53,320 nt of DNA from a virus (lineage: Duplodnaviria > Caudoviricetes): the IMG/VR virus record IMGVR_UViG_3300021963_000165, positions 1-53,320 of that record, one strand, 5' to 3'. Shown here one piece after another: positions 1 to 5,950 of this stretch. Every line of letters starts with the position of its first letter. Positions within the stretch are counted from its first letter, which is position 1. The notes beneath the pieces are model-generated. The model made no database searches. It was not told the DNA's origin and was given only the letters and a program-made list of their open reading frames with translations. The position numbers were made by a program, and so were the translations under genes.

Positions 1-126
1 TGCACGATCGGCGGCAAGGGAAGCCGTCACGTCGAAACCGGCGGCCCGTTGCGCTTCAAGCCCGGTTCGGCCGTGGGTCGGTGCTTTGCTGTATTCATAC
101 AGCTTGACGGATCCCTCGGCGCGGGC
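1..126. repeat. Terminal direct repeat (circular-assembly overlap), left copy
   Basis: 1-126 identical to 53181-53306. Confidence 0.95.
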
Positions 127-756
127 CGCTTGCAACGCATCCGCAACGTTTACGCTTTCGCCCGCGTCAACCACAAGCCCGAACCGGCGCCGGATTGTTT
201 GCGCTTCAAGCGGTGAAGCCGGGAAGCGGCGCAAGTGCCATGCCACATCGTCGGTGCCGCGCAAGCGCACGGCAAGCGGCAAGCCATCGGCGGCCGCTTT
301 CGCCCATTGCCGGGCGATCGCCCATAGGATCGCCCGCGAATAGGTTTCAGGTTCGGCGATCATCGCCAGAGTCCGGCGGCCGCGGGCGGTTGCAACGGCC
401 GCGGAAAGCCCGCCGTGTCCCGCCCAAACGAGACAAGCGTTAGAGCAACCGGCCGTTGCCCACGGGCAGGCATTGTGACGGCGGGCGAGCTCGGCCGTTC
501 CGGTTTTGGCGGCAAGGGCGGCAAGGGCGGGAAGGAAAGCCCGCGGCGCAACCGCGGCATCGTTGCCGGGATCGATCGCCGCGGCAAGTGCACGGCCCGG
601 CAACGTGTGATGAATAACGGCCCGAGCGATCGCCGAACCTTTAACTAGTTTGGCGTTGTTGTCAGTTAGCAAGCCGTCAAGCGAAAGCCCGAAACGGGAA
701 AGCATGGCGGAAACATCCGCGGGAAGGGAAACGCGGGAACGGGAAGCGGAAAGCAT
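1..756 (-). CDS. GP88-like phage protein, 5' part (continues across the join into 53180..52878; about 352 aa total)
   Basis: Hand translation from ATG 756: LLTDNNAKLVKG, CPWATAGCSNACL, AVRLRGTDDVAW, LYEYSK; no stop, in frame with 52878..53210; motifs resemble the GP88 family. Confidence 0.75.
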   Translation of the reverse strand, partial: MLSASRSRVSLPADVSAMLSRFGLSLDGLLTDNNAKLVKGSAIARAVIHHTLPGRALAAAIDPGNDAAVAPRAFLPALAALAAKTGTAELARRHNACPWATAGCSNACLVWAGHGGLSAAVATARGRRTLAMIAEPETYSRAILWAIARQWAKAAADGLPLAVRLRGTDDVAWHLRRFPASPLEAQTIRRRFGLVVDAGESVNVADALQAARAEGSVKLYEYSKAPTHGRTGLEAQRAAGFDVTASLAADRA

Positions 757-832
757 GGCGTCAGGATCGAAAGGGAAAGCGCCGGTAAGGGCGGCGGGTG
801 AAACGTGAAACATCGAAAGGCCTTTCCTAGTT

Positions 833-866
833 GCCAATGGTTACAAGATGTGATGTAACCATTGGC
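833..866. promoter_or_regulatory. 13-bp perfect inverted repeat upstream of the GP88-like gene
   Basis: GCCAATGGTTACA-N8-TGTAACCATTGGC. Confidence 0.5.
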
Positions 867-888
867 GACATAAAAGGCAAGGGGAAAT

Positions 889-1077
889 TTAGTCCCGATC
901 GGAAACAATCCAGCGAACCGGCGCCGGTGCCGGTGAGATCAAACCGGCCCGGATTGCGTCGCTACGGGCGGCCGCGGCCTTTTCGGTTTCAAGGTATCGG
1001 GAAAGCACGGCCGAAAGCATGGCGGCCGTATCGGGATCAGTTGCGGCAATCCAGCCGCCCGGAACGCGGGAAAGCAT
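889..1077 (-). CDS. Small leader-region protein (62 aa)
   Basis: Starts at the recurrent GCCATGCTTTCC motif; tiles with neighbours. Confidence 0.55.
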   Translation of the reverse strand: MLSRVPGGWIAATDPDTAAMLSAVLSRYLETEKAAAARSDAIRAGLISPAPAPVRWIVSDRD

Positions 1078-1081
1078 GGCG

Positions 1082-1267
1082 TTAAGAGATGAGATCGGCA
1101 AAGTCGCCCGCTTCAAGGTGACAGGCAAAGTCGGAAAGGAAAGCGTTAAGAGTCGCGGCGGGAAGCCATGAGACAAGCTCGCCGAGCACAAGCTCGGCGC
1201 CGAGATGCTCGGCGAAATCATGCGCGACGACACGCGGCGCCGCGGCGGGCAGAGTGTAGGAAAGCAC
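1082..1267 (-). CDS. Small acidic leader-region protein
   Basis: ORF track; 8 D/E vs 1 R. Confidence 0.6.
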   Translation of the reverse strand: MLSYTLPAAAPRVVAHDFAEHLGAELVLGELVSWLPAATLNAFLSDFACHLEAGDFADLIS

Positions 1268-1273
1268 GACGGA

Positions 1274-1489
1274 TCAAACGAAAGAAATAGGAGAGTCTGA
1301 AAAGCTGCCGGATGAAAATTCTTCTACGGCGTCAATAATGGAATCATCTACCGTTTCGCAATCGCCCGCAAAATAGAGTGAAGCTATTTCATCCATGATT
1401 GCGTCATGATTGCCGGCATGTTCGGCAAGGAAAGCACCATCAACGTCTACGGAAACAACGTGATTAACGTTAAGAAGGAAGCGTGCCAT
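1274..1489 (-). CDS. Highly acidic small protein (DNA-mimic candidate)
   Basis: 71 aa from ATG 1489; 14 D/E vs 1 R, no K. Confidence 0.6.
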   Translation of the reverse strand: MARFLLNVNHVVSVDVDGAFLAEHAGNHDAIMDEIASLYFAGDCETVDDSIIDAVEEFSSGSFSDSPISFV

Positions 1490-1509
1490 AAGAGAGGAAA
1501 GCGAAAGGA

Positions 1510-1746
1510 TCAAACGAAAGCGGGAAGGGCGGCGCCGGTTGCCTGGCAGGCGGGAAGGGCGGCAACGGCCGCGGGATCCTCACCGGGAAGCGTCACGGGC
1601 GCGATGCGATACAGGCGGGCATCGCCGCGGCAAGCGCGATAAAGGCGCAACCGGCGGGCGGCCGTTTCAGCAGTCACAACGGCGGGCGACGCGGGAAGCC
1701 AGCCGGCCGCGGTGCCGCGAAAGGTTTCGATGCGAAAGGAAAGCAT
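1510..1746 (-). CDS. Small leader-region protein (78 aa)
   Basis: Starts at the GCCATGCTTTCC motif within ORF 1510..2058. Confidence 0.55.
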   Translation of the reverse strand: MLSFRIETFRGTAAGWLPASPAVVTAETAARRLRLYRACRGDARLYRIAPVTLPGEDPAAVAALPACQATGAALPAFV

Positions 1747-2048
1747 GGCGGAAAGATAAAAGCGTTTCGATCGGGCCGTTTCGCCCGTTGGTGGAATCAT
1801 GCCGAACCGGCGGCCAGGATCCCGGCACATGTAGACGGTTTCCCAACCGGCCCGCTTGTGCGGTGCTTTCGGGCGGTTGCGAGGGTACGGGCGAACCGAT
1901 CCCGGAAGGGAAAGGAAACGGGCGCCCGCGTGAAACCACACGGCCGGGCGATCCGTCAACCCGTTGTGGCAATCCGAAAGGATCGCCGCGGGCGGCCGAT
2001 AGTGTGCCAAACCGTACGCGGCGAAAGCATACGAAACCGAGCACCAGA

Positions 2049-2143
2049 GTTGGCACACCTAACTAGCTTGCACGGTTGGCACACCTAACCGTGCGCCGCG
2101 CCTAGTGCACCTAACCGTGCACAGGGTAAGTGCACCTAACCGT
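2049..2143. repeat. Four imperfect palindromic repeats (core CACCTAAC), period 26/26/25 bp
   Basis: CACCTAAC at 2056, 2082, 2108, 2133. Confidence 0.85.
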
Positions 2144-2149
2144 TGGAGG

Positions 2150-2219
2150 TTTGTATAAAGAATAAAACAGCACGGTTTGTATTAGTTACAAACAGCACTG
2201 TTTGAGATCTTTATACAAA
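2150..2219. repeat. 70-bp nested imperfect inverted repeat
   Basis: TTTGTATAAAGA...TCTTTATACAAA enclosing AAACAGCAC(G/T)GTTT at 2165 and 2190. Confidence 0.85.
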
Positions 2220-2284
2220 TAGTACAAATGTACGAATAGTACAAATGTACTATAGTACAAATGTACTATAGTAGATATATACTA
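2220..2284. promoter_or_regulatory. Tandem cyanobacterial-type LexA (SOS) boxes, 3 strong plus 1 degenerate
   Basis: TAGTACAAATGTACGA 2220; TAGTACAAATGTACTA 2237 and 2253; TAGTAGATATATACTA 2269; matches AGTAC-N4-GTACT. Confidence 0.7.
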
Positions 2285-2382
2285 ATTACGAAATCAGCGT
2301 GTAATAGGGCGGGCTAAAAACCGCCCCATGCCGTGTGTGAAAAAGGGCCTTAAGAACCGACCCCTTGCAAGTCCCCCGGCCC

Positions 2383-2589
2383 TTAAAAACCGGCCGGCCG
2401 CGAGTCCCCCGGCATTTCAATCCCGAGCTCCTCAGCCGCCTCGAGCAAGTCTTCGTCGCTGGCGGCCATCAGATCGTTGCGGGTCTCGATCATCTGGTCT
2501 TCGAACACATCGCCCCGCTTCACCATGGCGGCCACCATGGCGGCGATCAGGTCAATGCGCTGGTCTTCGGTGAGTGTGGTCTGGGTCAT
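2383..2589 (-). CDS. Small acidic hypothetical protein (paralog of 2586..2780)
   Basis: ATGA overlap with the upstream gene. Confidence 0.7.
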   Translation of the reverse strand: MTQTTLTEDQRIDLIAAMVAAMVKRGDVFEDQMIETRNDLMAASDEDLLEAAEELGIEMPGDSRPAGF

Positions 2590-2780
2590 GAGAGGCGGTT
2601 CCATTCTTCAGGGCATCGGTCGTCGCATTCGCGGCGCAGCTCGCTGTTGCTCAAGCCGGCCAGCCAGGCCTCGGTGTCTGCGATCTGGCTGTCGGTGATC
2701 TCGCCAATCTCGAGCATGGCGTCGAGCATGCTGTCAATGATCCGCACGCGGGCGGCGCGGGTGATGTAGGTGCCGGCCAT
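2586..2780 (-). CDS. Small acidic hypothetical protein
   Basis: ORF track; overlapping start/stop junctions. Confidence 0.7.
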   Translation of the reverse strand: MAGTYITRAARVRIIDSMLDAMLEIGEITDSQIADTEAWLAGLSNSELRRECDDRCPEEWNRLS

Positions 2781-3109
2781 CAGATCAGCCCCAGCAGGCG
2801 CAGCCAGGAGCCATCGGCGTCTGACTCAACGGTGTCGCCATCGGGTGTCTCGCAGCAGGTGTCGAACGTCCAGCGCTCAACGTCCTCCATCGAGGGCACG
2901 GGCCACCAGCGGTTCTGCCAGCGCAGCTTCAGCACCTTGGTGCCGTCCTTGCGGCTGAAGCGGCCGATGGCGCCATCACGCAGGAACTTCTCAACCGTGC
3001 CATCGGGCAGGGTTACGGCATTGATCAGGCGCTTGGGCACGAGGATGTCGTCGCCTTTGCGGCGCACGTTGACCGTGGCCGGGAACTGCAGGTCTTCGGT
3101 GATTTTCAC
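2780..3109 (-). CDS. Hypothetical phage protein (C-terminal CETPDGDTVESD...SWLRLLGLI)
   Basis: ORF 2780..3136; GTG 3109 is the likely start. Confidence 0.7.
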   Translation of the reverse strand: MKITEDLQFPATVNVRRKGDDILVPKRLINAVTLPDGTVEKFLRDGAIGRFSRKDGTKVLKLRWQNRWWPVPSMEDVERWTFDTCCETPDGDTVESDADGSWLRLLGLI

Positions 3110-3134
3110 GGGACTCAAAAGGTAAAGGGGACTC

Positions 3135-3157
3135 AAAAGCTCGGGGGACTCCCCGAG
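3135..3157 (-). terminator. Possible intrinsic terminator
   Basis: CTCGGGG/CCCCGAG hairpin followed by TTTT on the minus strand. Confidence 0.4.
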
Positions 3158-3376
3158 TCAGCGCATCGGGTGGACAGGGGCGGCGCAGCCATTGGCCAGC
3201 AGTTGATCAGCAAGGCGCTCGGCGCTGTCGAACACCATCAGCCAATCCTTAGGCAGCGGCCGATAGCCGATGCTGAGCAGCTCGTTGCGGAGCTCAAAGG
3301 CCTCGCGGTCCCAGCCGGCCAGATGCAAGGCGTCGATGACCTGCTGGGTGTAATTGCGGGTGAGGTACTGGTTCAT
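3158..3376 (-). CDS. Hypothetical protein
   Basis: ORF track; ATG 3376. Confidence 0.6.
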   Translation of the reverse strand: MNQYLTRNYTQQVIDALHLAGWDREAFELRNELLSIGYRPLPKDWLMVFDSAERLADQLLANGCAAPVHPMR

Positions 3377-3452
3377 GGGATAAGTGGCGCTTGCCTGAGG
3401 GAACAGTAAGCCGCCACCCACCCCTCGACTCCCGGAACGTTACAAACTGAAA

Positions 3453-3674
3453 CTATCGGCGGGTGCGGGTGCAGTAGCCGCCCTGCGGATACCAGCCAAC
3501 AGGGCAGCTGTTGCCAACCTTTGCGATCGCTTCCTGCCGGTTCTGGCTGAATGGCACGCAGTAGGCGCCTTGCGGGTAATAACCCACCGGGCAGCTGCCG
3601 CGCTTCACCACAGGCTGCTGAGCCATGGCGACAGACGAGACAAACACAAACGCAAGAGACAGCAGTCGGATCAT
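3453..3674 (-). CDS. Small secreted protein with two CPVGxYPQGxYC repeats
   Basis: Signal-peptide-like N-terminus ending AMA; duplicated Cys motif. Confidence 0.75.
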   Translation of the reverse strand: MIRLLSLAFVFVSSVAMAQQPVVKRGSCPVGYYPQGAYCVPFSQNRQEAIAKVGNSCPVGWYPQGGYCTRTRR

Positions 3675-4015
3675 GGCTTCACGCTCAGGCTGATGTAGGA
3701 CTTCGGGCGATCGGTGGCGACACCGAGCGACTGCTCGTCGAGCTGCATCTGCCGCAGCTGCAGGGCCAGGTGGTCACACACGGCGCTGTAGCTCCAGTTG
3801 TGCCGCTCCTTCTTCACCACCAGGAATCCCTCGGTGGCAATCCGGTCGAGCTGGTGGCGCTGCATGTGCCCCAGCAGAAATTCGCGATCTTTGCCTAGCT
3901 CGGCCTCGAGCTGCTGGATCTGCAACTGCAGGCGCTTGGCGCGGGCGAGGCGGCGGCCAATCGAGCCAGCAGGGCTGTAGGCCCGCTCACGGCGGGTGGT
4001 GGATGAGATGGTCAT
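3671..4015 (-). CDS. Hypothetical coiled-coil protein
   Basis: ORF track; ATG 4015. Confidence 0.65.
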   Translation of the reverse strand: MTISSTTRRERAYSPAGSIGRRLARAKRLQLQIQQLEAELGKDREFLLGHMQRHQLDRIATEGFLVVKKERHNWSYSAVCDHLALQLRQMQLDEQSLGVATDRPKSYISLSVKP

Positions 4016-4104
4016 GGTGCGCAGGTGAATTGCTGAACGCCCCACGAAATTACACGTCAACCAGCCCATGCTCCGCCCCGTGTAACAACCCGTAATAAGC
4101 CCGA

Positions 4105-4293
4105 CTACCGCCGGACCTTCCGCCCTAAATTCCGCTCCACGGTCTGCAGCGCCAGGCCCAGGAAAACCGGAATGGCGCGGGTGCCCGTCTCCCAGCGAGC
4201 GATCGTCACCCGGTCGACACCGAGCTTCTCCGCCAGCTGCTGCTGGGTCAGTTCGAGGCGCTCCCGGAGTGCAGCGAGTTCTTCTTTGGTCAT
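4105..4293 (-). CDS. XRE-family HTH regulator
   Basis: LRERLELTQQQLAEKLGVDRVTIARWETG. Confidence 0.9.
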   Translation of the reverse strand: MTKEELAALRERLELTQQQLAEKLGVDRVTIARWETGTRAIPVFLGLALQTVERNLGRKVRR

Positions 4294-4324
4294 GACAGAT
4301 GTGTAGCCGCTGGCCACAATACTG

Positions 4325-5098
4325 TCAACCGCCCATCACGTCCTTCAGCTTGCCGAACACCAGTTTCGGGAACTCCTGCCCGGCCACCCGGTCGGTGAGT
4401 CCGTAGAAGTCGTAGCGAGTCGCCACGCTCGGCGGGCTGGGGAAATACTTGAACAGCATGCTGATGTCCCGGCCCGAGCGCCGGTAGATGCCGGGCTTCA
4501 AACCCGAGCGGTTGCCAGGCCGCGCCATGAAGTACTCCTTCTTCGGCAACCGCTTCGCCGTGCCATAGCGCCGGTCGACAAAATCGGTCATCGCGCCGAT
4601 CGAATACAGCACCTGGGTGTACTGCCCCGGCGAGATGTTTCCGTATGAATTAAGCCGCGCCGCATCGCTCTGGCGGATCGGCAACATGTACGACCCAGAA
4701 GGTGTGAAACCTCGCCGGGCGAGCGCCTTGCTGAAGCGCGTGTCATAAACCTGCTTGGCGCCAGCCCCCGGCTCCTTCACCTGCGGGAAAAGGTATTTCG
4801 ATGCCGGGTTGCCCTTTGCACCGAACTCCTTGACGCCGATATACGAATACAGCTTCTGTTTGTCGGACTTCGTATAAAAAATCGAGTTCAACGTGAACGG
4901 CACCGGGTTACGAAACACCCGCTGCATTTCGCTTCGGTGCGCAGCCTGCAGGACCGGGCCGAGCTTGTTGAGCGCGTAGCTCATCACAAAGGGCATCTGC
5001 ACCCGGCGCACGATGTCCAGGTTCTTCACCACCGCGTCGGCGTCGAACGTGATCGAGCCCTGGCGGTAGACGCCACTCCCGGAGAAGGTGATCGCCAT
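4325..5098 (-). CDS. Putative virion morphogenesis / tail completion (gpZ-like) protein
   Basis: QMPF..SYALN...FRNPVPFTLNS motif typical of this family. Confidence 0.55.
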   Translation of the reverse strand: MAITFSGSGVYRQGSITFDADAVVKNLDIVRRVQMPFVMSYALNKLGPVLQAAHRSEMQRVFRNPVPFTLNSIFYTKSDKQKLYSYIGVKEFGAKGNPASKYLFPQVKEPGAGAKQVYDTRFSKALARRGFTPSGSYMLPIRQSDAARLNSYGNISPGQYTQVLYSIGAMTDFVDRRYGTAKRLPKKEYFMARPGNRSGLKPGIYRRSGRDISMLFKYFPSPPSVATRYDFYGLTDRVAGQEFPKLVFGKLKDVMGG

Positions 5099-5165
5099 CG
5101 GCGGCTCCTACGAAAAGACCCCGCCATGCAATCGGGGTCCGGTGGTCCTCTCATCCAGGGCGAGT

Positions 5166-5375
5166 CTAAGCGGTTCTGACGTTCCGCGCATCCCCGCAGA
5201 GCACCAGTCGCTGCTCCTTGCCCACCCAGACGGCCCCACGATCGCCCTGGAGGCCCTGCCAGGTGCCTGAGGCCCACTGAGAGCCCATGTAGACCTTCAC
5301 GGCCGCTCCACGGGGCAGGGACGGCCACCTGGTGGGGCTGGCGGCGAGGCGCTGGTAGTCAGAAGGGCTCGGCAT
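5166..5375 (-). CDS. Hypothetical protein
   Basis: ORF track; co-oriented with neighbours. Confidence 0.6.
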   Translation of the reverse strand: MPSPSDYQRLAASPTRWPSLPRGAAVKVYMGSQWASGTWQGLQGDRGAVWVGKEQRLVLCGDARNVRTA

Positions 5376-5384
5376 GGGCTTGGC

Positions 5385-5630
5385 TTAAGCCGTGCGCGAA
5401 ACTTTCACGCCACCGTCGATGACATTGACGCTGAACGCACAGCCCAGTCTTTGGCCAAAGCGGTTAGCGGTCACACGGATCGAAGAAAGACAACGGCCGT
5501 CTTTGTCTCGCCCATTGCTCATCGGGACAACAAAGGCATCGCCGACGCCGAGCTGCTCAAGCGGCCAGTCGATCACCTTCCGGCGGGATCTGGTGGGGAT
5601 CGAGTCAGCTCGGATGATCTGGTAATCCAT
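5385..5630 (-). CDS. Small putative DNA-binding protein
   Basis: WPLEQLGVGDAFVVP...GVKVSR; ATG 5630. Confidence 0.6.
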   Translation of the reverse strand: MDYQIIRADSIPTRSRRKVIDWPLEQLGVGDAFVVPMSNGRDKDGRCLSSIRVTANRFGQRLGCAFSVNVIDGGVKVSRTA

Positions 5631-5694
5631 GAGACGCTTCAAGAAACAGGATGAAGCGTAGCGGAAATGCGGCAACCGGGCGCCATGAGGGGCC

Positions 5695-5950
5695 TGTAAC
5701 AGCTGTGACGCTTTGTGACGGTCACCGTTACACCCAAACCCCTTGCAGGACAAGGGTTGTAACGCTGTAACAACTAATCCTACTCTTAAAGATAGTAGTA
5801 GTAGGGGTTCAGGGGGTCTGTAGGGCTATATATCTCTATGGGGCTTTCCTGGAAAAAAGCGTTACAAGCGTCACAAACGTCACAACCGTTGCGCCGCAAG
5901 GGTTTTCAGCGAAACGCTCACTGTTTCACGGAGCCCCAAACCGTTACACA
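5695..5950. other. Putative replication origin
   Basis: Mostly convergent TGT(A/G)AC / GT(T/C)ACA repeats around an AT-rich core, next to the primase-helicase gene. Confidence 0.55.

Noticed and set aside
1-126. Biological terminal repeat
   Set aside because: Falls mid-gene and has an assembler-overlap length; a GpA terminase implies cos ends
314-633. HIP1 (GCGATCGC) copies as a host marker
   Set aside because: Only a few copies; enrichment cannot be established by eye in GC-rich DNA
1539-2066. 175-aa plus-strand ORF and other overlapping leader ORFs
   Set aside because: Arg/Gly/Pro-rich low-complexity translations; the minus-strand ORFs tile better; 1750-2040 left unassigned
2049-2284. 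CRISPR array
   Set aside because: Units are short, heterogeneous and mostly abutting, without unique 30-40 bp spacers; no cas genes
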